64,000 bases of DNA, from positions 800,001-864,000 of the forward strand of contig CAVRQT010000003.1 of assembly GCA_963723515.1 (NCBI GenBank), written 5' to 3'. The notes beneath the pieces are model-generated. The model was not told where the DNA came from. It searched no databases and worked only from the letters and a program-made list of their open reading frames with translations. Position 1 is the stretch's first letter; every line of letters begins with the position of its first letter. The position numbers were made by a program, and so were the translations under genes. Source of the stretch: Vulcanimicrobiota bacterium (GTDB lineage Bacteria; Vulcanimicrobiota; Vulcanimicrobiia; Vulcanimicrobiales; Vulcanimicrobiaceae). Positions 32,326-42,524 of this stretch are shown piece by piece.

Positions 32326-33342
32326 ATGAGGTCTATGAGAGGAACGGAAGTTTTGCGTCGTTGTTTCGCTGTTTTCGCAATGATCAGCGTCGTTGCGCTG
32401 ATCGGCGCTCGTCCCGCGAGACCGCCGGCCACGCCCACACCATCGCCATCGCCCACGCCGACGCCGGCTCCGCCGACTGTCCTCATCTATCCGTTTACGG
32501 TCAATGGGGAAGCCGATAAGCGCGCCGGCGGAAAACTTGCTTCCTTATATACGAAGGAAATTCAGACGATGGGCGGCGTGGTGATCAAGGCTCCATCGAC
32601 TCCGAACGTCGACCGCAAAGCATATCTGGACAGCGCGATCAAAGACGGGGTCGACTACTACCTTTCCGGCTATATCACACCGCTCGGTGAACAAGTCGCA
32701 GTCGTTCAGCAACTCGTCAGCACCCAGAGCGGCGCGATCATTTGGGCATCAACCGCGCAGATGCTCACGTACAGTGACGCCGCCGATCAAGCAGACACGA
32801 TCCGTAAAGTCGTGCTCGCGCATGCCGGTCGTATTGAAGCCTCGTACCAACAGCAACAAAGCGCTGCCACCGCCGCGCCCGAGGAGCACGGCGCACAAAC
32901 AAGTATCGCCGCGATCCTCGGCATTTTCCATCGTTTACGCCCCGGTCCCAGGCCGACATTGGCGCCCGAGAAGAAACCGAAGCGCGGCGTTCTAGTCGTG
33001 CAAGTTGCGGCGAGTCCTTCAAGCATGGACACCGCTACGACCACCGCGCTCGCTCTTTCGCTCAACCGCACTTACAACGTCGCGCGCTCTGCTGTCGTTA
33101 CCCAAAATGTACCGAGTGATGCCCATATCATTTGCGGCGCGCTTTCGAACGAAACGATTGCGACCGGTGACTTCCACCAGGACCGCAACCTGCGCCACGA
33201 CATCTCAGATGCGTTTACCTTAAGAGTTTACCGCTGCGACGGCTCACTGATTTTCACGAACACTGCACGCAGCGGATCAGTCGGCGGTGCTATTGACCTT
33301 ACGGTCAACGCCTACATGAAGGACCATCCCAACAACGACTAG
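32326..33342 (+). CDS. Secreted hypothetical protein (Pro/Thr linker, possibly TolB-N/CsgG-like domain)
   Basis: Signal-like hydrophobic stretch, PATPTPSPSPTPTP linker, 'VLIYPF...VDYYLSGYI...LVSTQSGAIIW'. Confidence 0.65.
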   Translation: MRSMRGTEVLRRCFAVFAMISVVALIGARPARPPATPTPSPSPTPTPAPPTVLIYPFTVNGEADKRAGGKLASLYTKEIQTMGGVVIKAPSTPNVDRKAYLDSAIKDGVDYYLSGYITPLGEQVAVVQQLVSTQSGAIIWASTAQMLTYSDAADQADTIRKVVLAHAGRIEASYQQQQSAATAAPEEHGAQTSIAAILGIFHRLRPGPRPTLAPEKKPKRGVLVVQVAASPSSMDTATTTALALSLNRTYNVARSAVVTQNVPSDAHIICGALSNETIATGDFHQDRNLRHDISDAFTLRVYRCDGSLIFTNTARSGSVGGAIDLTVNAYMKDHPNND

Positions 33343-33854
33343 TCCAGCAGACCCGGCGGTAGCTTGACTTCGATCTGACGCACCATCAGGTCGATTCTCT
33401 CAATAAAGGCACCCACGAGCGGGATGCGACCGTTGCTGACGACGAGCATATCTTGCGACGGGTAATGCTCGATGGCGTTGACCGTTCCTAAGTCGCGGCC
33501 GTTTTCGTCGCGTACTTGACAACCAATGAGATCTTCATCAAGGTATTCGTTTGCGCCCAGCGTGAATGCGTCTCGTGGAGCGAACAGTTCACCGCCGACG
33601 AGCCCCGCAGCGGACGTCACATCGTCGAAGCCTTCAAATTGAACGAGCTGCCGCGTTTTATGTTCGCGCACCGACCATACCGTCAGATCTCGCGATTGAT
33701 CGCCTTGCGAGAAGCGTAACGCCTGTCCCGGCTTGAAAACCGAACACCCCGCGCTCGTCGCCTCTATTTTTAGCTCGCCTTTGGTACCAAAGACGCCGGC
33801 AATTCGTCCGGCGCGACGATCATTCGGCGGTTTGGTCGCCGTTTGACTCCTCAT
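33339..33854 (-). CDS. rimM: Ribosome maturation factor RimM
   Basis: GRIAGVFGTKGELKI, EYLDEDLIGCQV, IPLVGAFI, PPGLLD; downstream of rpsP-khpA. Confidence 0.92.
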   Translation of the reverse strand: MRSQTATKPPNDRRAGRIAGVFGTKGELKIEATSAGCSVFKPGQALRFSQGDQSRDLTVWSVREHKTRQLVQFEGFDDVTSAAGLVGGELFAPRDAFTLGANEYLDEDLIGCQVRDENGRDLGTVNAIEHYPSQDMLVVSNGRIPLVGAFIERIDLMVRQIEVKLPPGLLD

Positions 33855-34365
33855 CTTCGAAGTTGCCTTCGAACTCATCAAGATCAAAGAAGTCGACGAT
33901 AACGCGCTCTTCAGCCGTGGCGCGAACGATCGTCCGAAGTGCGTGCGCCACGCGTCCGCCGCGACCGATGACCTTGCCGAGGTCTTCCGGATCGACGGCA
34001 ACCTCAACGACTCGTTCGCCTTGTTCGCCCGTGAAGGCGTCAATCTCGACAGCATCCGGCTTTGCGACGAGTCTCTTCGTCAGAAATTCGAGCAGCGCGG
34101 TTGCTTGGGCGTGGGCAGCTTGCGGATCTTTCGGCGCGCGCGGCGCTCGCGCTATTCGTGGTGCGGTATGCTCGCGTGGTTCACGCGGCGGCATGCGTTT
34201 TGCCGGTTTACCGCGACGCGGCGCCGGCTCATCTTCCGGCTCGACGTCATCGATGACCGTCTCATCCGATGCAATCGTTCGCGCGCCTAAACTCGAACGG
34301 CGCTCTTCCTCTTTTTCGTCTGCCTCGTCGCCGAAGAGTCCGAACTCATCATCAAAGGAGCTCAT
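33820..34365 (-). CDS. khpA: KH-domain RNA-binding protein with acidic N-terminal extension
   Basis: LEFLTKRLVAKPDAV...EDLGKVIGRGGRVAHALRTIV; lies between rpsP and rimM. Confidence 0.88.
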   Translation of the reverse strand: MSSFDDEFGLFGDEADEKEEERRSSLGARTIASDETVIDDVEPEDEPAPRRGKPAKRMPPREPREHTAPRIARAPRAPKDPQAAHAQATALLEFLTKRLVAKPDAVEIDAFTGEQGERVVEVAVDPEDLGKVIGRGGRVAHALRTIVRATAEERVIVDFFDLDEFEGNFEDEESNGDQTAE

Positions 34366-34658
34366 CAGCTCGCTTTTTTGGCTTTCGGCGGCCGCTTCGT
34401 TTCGGAAATTGGACCGCGCTCGACCAGACCGCGCTCGGCTAGCAACCGCCGCACCGGATCGGACGGCTGTGCGCCTTTCGCGAGCCAATCTTTGACCTTA
34501 TCCTCGTTGATCACGACGGTTTTCGGCTCGGTACGCGGATTGTAATGCCCAATGATTTCAATGAACCGCCCATCGCGCGGCGAGCGTGCATCGCTCACCA
34601 CGAATCGGTATGTCGGTTGTTTCTTGGCGCCCATGCGCCGGAGTCGAATCTTAACCAT
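34365..34658 (-). CDS. rpsP: 30S ribosomal protein S16
   Basis: [34 protein letters not shown]. Confidence 0.98.
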   Translation of the reverse strand: MVKIRLRRMGAKKQPTYRFVVSDARSPRDGRFIEIIGHYNPRTEPKTVVINEDKVKDWLAKGAQPSDPVRRLLAERGLVERGPISETKRPPKAKKAS

Positions 34659-34689
34659 TATTCCTCTTAATTGCGGGTTTTTGCGTCAA

Positions 34690-34760
34690 TGTCACACTGA
34701 AAGCTTGTCGAAAGGGCGAACCGTTAAATACGCGGCGCTTCGACAGGGCTCAGCGTGACA
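34690..34760. repeat. Complete REP-like inverted pair
   Basis: TGTCACACTGAAAGCTTGTCGAA ... CTTCGACAGGGCTCAGCGTGACA. Confidence 0.82.
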
Positions 34761-34792
34761 GAGTGTGTGACCCGACAGCATGTTCCATGACG

Positions 34793-36139
34793 TCAGCGTG
34801 AGAGTGCGCCGCGACGGGCGACCAAGCTCTGCATTTGCGCCGCGCGCCCCTTCATGCCGCCCATCTTGCGCATCATTACCTTAGCTTCATCGAATTGCTT
34901 GATCAGCCGATTGACGTCGGAGACTTGCGTGCCGCTGCCAAGCGCAATCCGTTTGCGGCGCGAGCCATTCAAAACTGACGGATTTCGCCGCTCTTGTCGG
35001 GTCATCGAGCAAATGATCGCTTCAACCTTACCGACCTGGCTCTCATCCACCTCGAAGTCTTTCGGCAACGCCCGTGATACGCCGGGAATCATCTTTAGAA
35101 TATCGCCGAACGCGCCCATTTTGCGCACTTGACGCAATTGGTCGAGGAAATCGTCGAGCGTGAATTGGCTGCGCGCAAACTTCTGCTCGAGCTCCTTTGC
35201 TTGCGCCTCGCTATAGACGCTTTGCGTGCGCTCGATCAACGTCATCAGGTCGCCCATCCCAAGGATCCGCGATGCTAAGCGATCGGGATGAAACGGCTCG
35301 AGAGCCGGCAGCTTCTCACCGACACCGATGAACTTGATCGGAGCCCCAGTCACTTTGTGGATCGACAGCGCCGCGCCGCCGCGCGCGTCACCATCGAGCT
35401 TCGTCAGGATCACGCCGGTGATGCCGAGGCGCTCGTGAAAACCTTTCGCGACATTCGTTGCTTCCTGACCCGTCATCGCGTCGGCCACGAGCAAGATCTC
35501 AACCGGCTTAACGGCTTCCTTAATACGCTCGAGCTCACGCATCAGCTCGTCGTCGATTTGCAAACGGCCGGCCGTATCTAAGATCACCGTCGAAAGCGCG
35601 AGCCGTTTCGCTTCGGCGACGGCATCGCGCGAAATCCGAACCGGATCTGCTTTGCCGCGTTGATAGACCGGTAAGTCGATCTGCTGCCCGAGTTTTTCCA
35701 ACTGCTCGATTGCAGCGGGACGATAAACATCGGCCGCAACGAGCAAACTGCGACGACCCTGCTCTTTCAGCCGCAGCGCCAGTTTCGCGGCTTGCGTTGT
35801 CTTGCCGGAGCCTTGCAAGCCTACTAGCATGATCACGGAGGGCGGCGCATCCGAAAACTGCAATCGTGCCTGCGCTCCGCCCAGCAATTCTACGAGCTCA
35901 TCATTGACGATTTTGAGAATCGTTTGCGCCGGCGAAAGCGACTCGAAGACATGGGCGCCGATTGCCTTCTCTTTGACTCGGTTGACGAAATCTTTCGCTG
36001 CCGGAAGCGCAACGTCGGCCTCAAGCAAAGCGATGCGCACTTCGCGCATCACTTCATTGATATCGGCCTCGCTGAGTTTGCCTCTGCCGGTCAGGCGCTT
36101 AAAGATCGCGCCGAGGCGTTCGCTTAAACTTTCAAACAT
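34793..36139 (-). CDS. ffh: Signal recognition particle protein
   Basis: MFESLSERL, GLQGSGKTT, DTAGR, TKLDGDARGGAALS, M domain SRRKRIALGSG. Confidence 0.98.
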   Translation of the reverse strand: MFESLSERLGAIFKRLTGRGKLSEADINEVMREVRIALLEADVALPAAKDFVNRVKEKAIGAHVFESLSPAQTILKIVNDELVELLGGAQARLQFSDAPPSVIMLVGLQGSGKTTQAAKLALRLKEQGRRSLLVAADVYRPAAIEQLEKLGQQIDLPVYQRGKADPVRISRDAVAEAKRLALSTVILDTAGRLQIDDELMRELERIKEAVKPVEILLVADAMTGQEATNVAKGFHERLGITGVILTKLDGDARGGAALSIHKVTGAPIKFIGVGEKLPALEPFHPDRLASRILGMGDLMTLIERTQSVYSEAQAKELEQKFARSQFTLDDFLDQLRQVRKMGAFGDILKMIPGVSRALPKDFEVDESQVGKVEAIICSMTRQERRNPSVLNGSRRKRIALGSGTQVSDVNRLIKQFDEAKVMMRKMGGMKGRAAQMQSLVARRGALSR

Positions 36140-36157
36140 ATACTTCTCGTATAGTTG

Positions 36158-36183
36158 CACTTCGACAAGCTCAGCATGACACT
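36158..36183. repeat. REP-like half unit
   Basis: CACTTCGACAAGCTCAGCATGACACT. Confidence 0.78.
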
Positions 36184-36227
36184 GGCACTCTGCGAAACTC
36201 AATCACAAGCTCCTCACGTGCAAACAA

Positions 36228-36473
36228 TTACTCCTTGGGGACCTGCGTTTCGTCGATGCGCTTCACGGCGTCGCCGACGGTCTTGATCTTCTCTGCTTCT
36301 TCGTCCGGGATATCGATATTGAACTCCGTCTCGAACGCCATCACGAGCTCAACTTGATCCAATGAGTCGGCGCCGAGATCGTCGGTGATCGACGCTTCGG
36401 GCGTAACTTCATCTTCGTCGACGCCAAGCTGCTCGACGATGATCTTCTTCACTTTGTCAAACGTTGTTGCCAC
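36228..36473 (-). CDS. acpP: Acyl carrier protein
   Basis: [17 protein letters not shown]. Confidence 0.98.
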   Translation of the reverse strand: MATTFDKVKKIIVEQLGVDEDEVTPEASITDDLGADSLDQVELVMAFETEFNIDIPDEEAEKIKTVGDAVKRIDETQVPKE

Positions 36474-36482
36474 TATCGTCTC

Positions 36483-37229
36483 CTACATCAAAATGCCACC
36501 GTCAACGACGAGCGTTTGCCCCGTCATATATCCGGCGGCTTGCGAACAAAGAAAACTGACGACTCCGCTCACGTCTTCCGGCTTCCCCGCACGGCCGAGT
36601 GCCGTCGACTTCAGCAACGACTCTTTCGCCGCTTCGGGCACCTTCTGCGTCATTGCAGTCTCGATGAAGCCCGGCGCGACGGCGTTGACTCTTATGTTCC
36701 GTGAACCTAATTCCTTTGCTAACGATTTGGTCAGTCCGAGCAGTCCGGCTTTCGATGCAGCGTAGGCGCTTTGTCCCGCATTGCCGGAAAGTCCGACGAT
36801 GCTGCTCATCAGCACGATCGAGCCCGAGCGCGCCTTCATCATCGGACGCGCAACCGCAGCGCAAAGATAAAACGCCGATTTCAGATTGACAGCGAAATGC
36901 TGATCGAGCGCCTCGGATTGCAACCGCAAGAGCAACGTGTCCAGCGTTTGACCGGCGTTGCTGATCGCGAAATCGAGCCGTCCGAATTGTTTTACTGTCT
37001 TGCCGACGGCATCTTCAACAGCGCTCTGGTCCGCGACATCGGCGGTGAGGACGAGAGCGTTTGTTTCAGAACGCGCATCTCTACATGCGATGGCCGTCTC
37101 TTCAAGTGCCCCCATATCGCGACCGACGAGCGCCACGTCGGCGCCGTCCCGGGCCAGATCGACTGCGATTGCGCGGCCGATGCCGCGGCTTGCGCCCGTA
37201 ATCAGCGCGACGTTCCCTTTAAACTTCAT
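36483..37229 (-). CDS. fabG: 3-oxoacyl-ACP reductase
   Basis: TGASRGIG, NAG, GNAGQSAYAASKAG, NAVAPGFI. Confidence 0.95.
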   Translation of the reverse strand: MKFKGNVALITGASRGIGRAIAVDLARDGADVALVGRDMGALEETAIACRDARSETNALVLTADVADQSAVEDAVGKTVKQFGRLDFAISNAGQTLDTLLLRLQSEALDQHFAVNLKSAFYLCAAVARPMMKARSGSIVLMSSIVGLSGNAGQSAYAASKAGLLGLTKSLAKELGSRNIRVNAVAPGFIETAMTQKVPEAAKESLLKSTALGRAGKPEDVSGVVSFLCSQAAGYMTGQTLVVDGGILM

Positions 37230-38177
37230 GCGCTGGCGAGCTCGCCCGATCTTCGTACGCAGTTTTTCAACGCTCGCGGCGTCGCTGACATTGAACACCG
37301 CCGGCGCATCCGGTAGCCGGCGTATCAACGGTCCAAGCACCGGATTTGCGCCAAATTCGACGACCAAATCGCAGCCCGTTTCAAGCAGCTTGACGGCCGC
37401 ATCATGCCACCGCACTTCGTCGACGATCGAGCGGACGAGATTGCGCTTGATTTGATCGACGGATTCGTACGGCTGCGCATCAACGTTTGAAATAACGGTG
37501 ATTTGCGGCTTCTGAAACGCCGTCTTCTCGATCGCCGCCGCAAATTGAGCAACTGCCGGCTCCATCAACGCGCTATGCCAAGCACCGGAGACGTTCAGCG
37601 GCACGACGCGTTTCGCGCCCGCTTCCATCAATGCATTCGGATGCAGCAGTGACTGCTTCCTGATCGCCGCTGATCACGATCTGCGACGGCGAATTGAAAT
37701 TCGCAAGCTGCAGGCAAAGACCGGATTCTTCTCTTAGGCGCGAAACGATGTCCCGAATCGTCTGCGCGTCCGAGCCGAGCACCGCCGCCATCGAACCGGG
37801 TGCCAGTTCGGCAGCGGATTGCATCGCTCGTGCGCGCGCATCGACGACACGAACCGCATCCTCGAAGGTCAATGCATTCGCGATTGTCAGGCTGCAGATC
37901 TCGCCAAAGGAATGCCCGGCACTTGCAACCGTGTTCAAGAAGGGCCGCGCCGCTTCGTACAGCGCGAGGTTCGTGACGAAGATTGCCGGCTGCGAGAACC
38001 GCGTCTCACGCAACGTCTCTTCCGGACCGCATTGCATCAGCGCGAAGAGGTCGTACCCGAGCACCTCATTAGCGCGATCGAACAGCGCCTTCGCGCTTGC
38101 GTGGTGGCGCGCCACATCGGCGCCCATGCCGACCGATTGCGAACCCTGTCCGGGGAAAACAGCCGCAACACGCTGCA
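37226..38177 (-). CDS. fabD: Malonyl-CoA:ACP transacylase (frameshifted)
   Basis: VFPGQGSQSVGMG, AGHSFGE, ANFNSPSQIVISG, LNVSGAWHS. Confidence 0.93.
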
Positions 38178-39192
38178 TTAGGCGGCGCGTTTTTCTTGTG
38201 CGAGCGCCGCCCACTTCCAAGCCACAGCGCCCCATGACAGACCCGCCGCCAAAGCCGACGAAGATGATCACGTCACCGTCGTGCAGCTTGTCTTTCTCCA
38301 CGGCTTCGGAAAGTGCCATCGGAATCGAGGCCGCCGATGTGTTGCCGTATTCATCGATGTTGACGAGCACTTTCTCGCTCGGCATATCCAAGTATTTAGC
38401 GGCCGCATCGATGATGCGCTTGTTGGCTTGGTGCGGGATCAGAAAATCGAGATCGCTGTGCTTGAGATGTGCCTTGGCCAGCGCCGCTTCCGTTGCGTCA
38501 ACCATCTTGTTGACGGCGAACTTGAAAACTTCGCGCCCTTCCATATAGATATAGTGTTCGCCGGCGTCATAACGCAGCGGATCCATTGCGTAGCGTGAAC
38601 CACCGGCGGCAACACGCAAGATTTCCGGACGGCTGCCGTCCGAACCCAGCTCGCTGCTCAAAAAGCAATCGTTTGGGGTGCGCTCCAACACGACCGCGCC
38701 CGCACCATCACCGAACAAAATGGCAGTGCCGCGATCTTTCTTATTGACGATCTTGGTCAGTGTCTCCGCGCCGATCAGCATGATGCGATTGTAGACGCCG
38801 GTGCGAATCATGCTCGAGGCTACGGTCAAGCCATAAATGAAGCCGCTACAGGCGATCTCGATATCGAATGCGGCTTTATTTTGCGCGCCAAGCTTCGAGG
38901 CGACGATGCAGGCAGTTGCGGGGAATGGGAAATCCGGCGTGACGGTCGCCACGATGAAGCAGTCGACATCTTCAGGTTTGAGAGCAGCGGATTCTAATGC
39001 GCGGTGCCCCGCCGCGAGCGCGAGATCACTCGTTGCTTCGTTAGGCGCGGAAACATGACGGCGCTTCATGCCCGTGCGCGACGTGATCCACTCGTCGCTC
39101 GTATCGAGGACCTTCTCGAGATCCTCGTTCGTCAGAATGCCGGCGGGCGCGTAGTGGCCGACGCCGACGATCTTAACGCCGCTGCCGTCCAA
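38178..39192 (-). CDS. fabH: Beta-ketoacyl-ACP synthase III (frameshift at C-terminus)
   Basis: DTSDEWITSRTG, IACSGF, PHQANKRI, YGNTSAASIP, GFGGG. Confidence 0.95.
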
Positions 39193-39198
39193 GCTGCG

Positions 39199-39402
39199 CT
39201 AGGTCGCTGACGCCGTATGCTCGTCCTTCGGCTCGATCACTTGACGGCCGTTGTACGTGCCGCAGGCCGGACAGACGAAATGCGGACGTTTTGGCGCATG
39301 ACACTGCGGACACTCCACCGTCGTGACCGGAGTGAGTTTCCAATTGGCGGCTCGCCGGCTGCGCGTCTTCGAACGCGGTGTCTTCCACTTTAAGTTTGCC
39401 AC
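39199..39402 (-). CDS. rpmF: 50S ribosomal protein L32 (Zn-binding)
   Basis: CPQC...PHFVCPACGTYNGRQV. Confidence 0.95.
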   Translation of the reverse strand: MANLKWKTPRSKTRSRRAANWKLTPVTTVECPQCHAPKRPHFVCPACGTYNGRQVIEPKDEHTASAT

Positions 39403-39404
39403 TT

Positions 39405-39872
39405 TTCAGACTCCCTGGCGCACGTGCACGCGCCGTCATTCTTGTTTTGCCCACAGTATTGGCAGAGGCCGCTGCACTCGCGGGCTGCACAGCACTGCGA
39501 ACGATGCGGTGCTGTCGACCAGTTGCCTCGTCAAATCCGCGATATCGAGCCGCGATCCGACGAGGACATTGGTTTCGCTCAGCGGCTCGTCCTCGCGCAG
39601 TTCCGTCGGCTTCGAGTCGCTCATCGACCTCGATGTGCATCGGCCGCTTGACGTCTCCTAAGCAACGATCGCAGGCGCCGCAGTGCGACCACATCAACGG
39701 TCCCGGCGACCTCAACCATCCGATGCGCGGCCCGAACGTCGAGTTGGACGCGCGCCGGCTCGGGAAAGCTCCAACCCTCAAACGGTTCAAGCTTCACCAA
39801 CTCATCAACACGCAGCGTGTGATGGCCGCCTGCAAGCAAGCTGCCGATCTCGACCGTATTCGAAGAAGCCAT
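39405..39872 (-). CDS. yceD: DUF177/YceD family protein (frameshifted)
   Basis: CDRCL motif and a second Cys cluster (LC..C.GLC..CG) recoverable across frames; upstream of rpmF. Confidence 0.85.
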
Positions 39873-39919
39873 AACATAGAGGAAGGCCCCCGATTTGTGG
39901 GGCCTCCGAAACCCGCCTC

Positions 39920-39948
39920 ATTGTAGAGCCGCCCCCGGCTCTTGTCAA
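39920..39948 (-). promoter_or_regulatory. Near-consensus sigma70 promoter of the yceD-rpmF-fab operon
   Basis: Minus-strand TTGACA-N17-TACAAT. Confidence 0.8.
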
Positions 39949-39966
39949 ACCGCGTGCGGCGCGTGA

Positions 39967-40721
39967 TTGGCGCGCGTGACCGAGATTTCTGCACTACCCG
40001 CCGTAACTCGAGAGCTGGCAAGCGATGGAGTGGCCTACGCGCCGGAGATTGCCTCTGCGGCACGCCGTCACGGTGTTGATCCAAAACTGTTGGCGGCAGT
40101 GGCTGCTCAAGAGACCGGCGGCCCCGGCGCAAATGCCGGGCACAACATCGTCGGCGACGGCGGACACGGCCACGGGCTGTTCCAAATTGACGATCGCTGG
40201 CATGACTTCGCCAGAACCGCTGCCGCGATGGATCCGGCGCAAAATGCCGACTACGCTTCGGGGATGATTGCCGGCCTCTTGCACTCGTACGGCGGGGACG
40301 TTCACAAGGCGCTCTCCGCATACAATGCCGGCAGTCCGGACGCAACCGGCACGGTCACCGAATGGATGGACGGGGAGCGCTTGGGATACGCGGATTCCGT
40401 CTTACGGCATTGCGCGCAGCTTGGCGAACCGATGCCAGGCGGCGCCGGCGGTTCAAGCGCTACCGCGAACAGCCAGAGCGATCAGGCTCAAGCGAGCATC
40501 GATGGCGGTCATGCAAGAGCTCTCGCAATTAAACGCTCTGCAATCGTTCGAGCAGACCTCTTCGCTCGACGAAAGTCTGTTGCAACCAAGCGTGACTTCT
40601 GCGACGGCGCCGAGCTACACGCAATTCGGCCGGCCTCGATGCGTACGGACACTCGCGCTACGACGTCTCATACGCCGGCCTATTGACCGATGACGACGGT
40701 TCATCGGCGGGAGATTCCTAA
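39967..40721 (+). CDS. Lytic transglycosylase (SLT/goose-lysozyme-like; C-terminal frameshifts)
   Basis: GVDPKLLAAVAAQET, GHGLFQID, ALSAYNAG. The corrected tail plausibly ends at TAA 40719-40721, overlapping the next ATG. Confidence 0.85.
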
Positions 40722-41101
40722 TGAGCTTCAATCTGTTGAACGGCATCGTTCAGGGTGCCGAATCGTTTTTCGCATCGGGCGGCAATCCGATCGCGGGTGG
40801 TGCAGGGGCTTTAGCCGGCGGGTTAACCTCCGGCGCCAATACTGGAACAACTGTGGGCAACATGGGCAATGGAGCCATCGGCGCCCTCAACGCTGCCAAT
40901 GAAGCCGACACCGTCGCGATGTACGCCGAAAACTTGCGCCATCAGTCGGCCATGCAATGGGAGGCCACGTGGTTCAACGAGATGATGGATGAGAAGTCCG
41001 AACGCATGCGTCAGATGAACGAGTTGCGCGATCTGACGATGGAGCAGCGTAAAGCCGACAATCAAATTACGAAGAAGTTCATTCAATCGATCACTGAATG
41101 A
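40721..41101 (+). CDS. Hypothetical protein: Gly-rich N-terminus and amphipathic helical C-terminus
   Basis: 126-aa ORF, TAATG-coupled to the upstream gene. Confidence 0.8.
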   Translation: MSFNLLNGIVQGAESFFASGGNPIAGGAGALAGGLTSGANTGTTVGNMGNGAIGALNAANEADTVAMYAENLRHQSAMQWEATWFNEMMDEKSERMRQMNELRDLTMEQRKADNQITKKFIQSITE

Positions 41102-41359
41102 TCACACCGATACAGCCCGGTCGTCAGCGAAGCGCGACCGCCCAGGCATCCGATCGCAATCGGCGATGCCAAACCAGCTCCCGATCAGAATCAAATCGCG
41201 CACGACCAAGCCGCCTTGCTTGCCCAGCAAGCCACGTTTAACTTTGCGGTGCAAGAGCGGGCGGAGCTAATGCGCGAGTTCAACGAGCTGCGGGCGCTTC
41301 AAATGGAGCAGCTCAAACATGACGATGAGATCGTCAAAAAATGGATCGACTTGATCTGA
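41098..41359 (+). CDS. Unannotated paralog of the preceding gene (one frameshift near 41118)
   Basis: ATGA overlap; C-terminus QQATFNFAVQERAELMREFNELRALQMEQLKHDDEIVKKWIDLI aligns with the upstream protein. Confidence 0.75.
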
Positions 41360-41366
41360 GGCGGAA

Positions 41367-42342
41367 TTAAACCGAGCCGACAAGCTCGCAAAACGTTGCG
41401 AGATCGATGTTGCCGCCCGAGATCACGGTGACGATCGGTCCGTTGGCCTGAACTCTTCCCGAAAGCGCCGCAGCAACCGGTAAAGCGCCCGCCCCTTCCG
41501 CAATGACGCGCGCCTTTTCGGCGACCGTTTTCATCGCACGTTTTGTTTCATCAAGCGTGACCACGACGCAGCCATCGACAACGTCTTTCATCCGTTCCCA
41601 CATTCGCGGGAAGACGCTCTTGCCGCCGGCGCCGTCAACGAAGGTTGCTTGCCAACCCTCAAACGTGGAAGCTTTGCCTCTCGCGAATGACAACGAGCCG
41701 GGCGCTGCGGTCTCAGGCTCGGCGCCATAAACACGGACGTTCGGATGCCGCGCTTTAATCGCCGATGCGATGCCCGTCAGCAAGCCGCCTCCGCCGAGTG
41801 CCGCGACGACGACCTCCACATTCGGCAGATCTTCAGCGATCTCCAAACCGATGCTGCCGTTGCCGGCAATAAAATCGGCATCATCGAACGGATGGACGAA
41901 CGTTCCCTTAACGCCGGGAAACTCGCGCCGCTCGAGCGCTTCCCAGCACGCATCGAACGGGCGCTTTAACGAGCGTTGCGCCGAGCACACGCATGCGTTC
42001 GACCTTTGTTTCAGGGGCCGTTTCGATCGTCACAACGGTGCACGGCACACCGGCGGCGCGCGCCGCGAAGGCGACGCCCTGACCGGCATTTCCGGCGCTG
42101 ATCGTCCAAACGCCCGCTGCGCGGCGATCTTCCGGAAGCATCGCAACCGCATTTGCTGCCCCTCGGAGTTTGAACGAATTGATCGGCTGCAGATTTTCGA
42201 GCTTCAAGTAAATCTCGGGTCGACTTGAACCGAGCTCCAACTTGACGAGCGGCGTGCGCGCAATTGTCGGTGTAATGCGGTCGCGCGCTGCTTCGATCTC
42301 GGAGATTGCGATTGGCCGAATCGCCGGCAGCGTATCCGTCAT
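41367..42342 (-). CDS. PLP-dependent threonine/serine dehydratase family enzyme (frameshifted)
   Basis: KLENLQPINSFKLRGA, SAGNAGQG, VHPFDD, LGGGGL, EGAGA, SGGNID. Confidence 0.9.
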
Positions 42343-42390
42343 GCGTAGCGGATTAGCGTGAGTCTCTCATGATGCCTGGCGCAAGGCGCA

Positions 42391-42420
42391 TTGACCGATT
42401 GCCGCAAAGTCCGGTACAAT
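42391..42420 (+). promoter_or_regulatory. Sigma70 promoter for tRNA-Ile
   Basis: TTGACC-N18-TACAAT, 13 bp upstream of the tRNA. Confidence 0.6.
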
Positions 42421-42433
42421 CGCCTCCGCTTAA

Positions 42434-42510
42434 GGGCCATTAGCTCAGTTGGTTAGAGCGCATGCTTGATAAGCATGAGGTCCCTGGTTCGAGACCAGGA
42501 TGGCCCACCA
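42434..42510 (+). tRNA. tRNA-Ile(GAT)
   Basis: GGGCCAT/ATGGCCC acceptor stem, CATGC-TTGATAA-GCATG anticodon arm, GTTCGAG T-loop, encoded CCA. Confidence 0.97.
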
Positions 42511-42524
42511 TGATCGCTCAGAGT

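Noticed and set aside
36483..39192. FabH-FabD and FabD-FabG fusion proteins in the ORF track
   Set aside because: Each gene has its own start and a stop in an adjacent frame (TAATG and ATGA overlaps); the fusions arise from indels.
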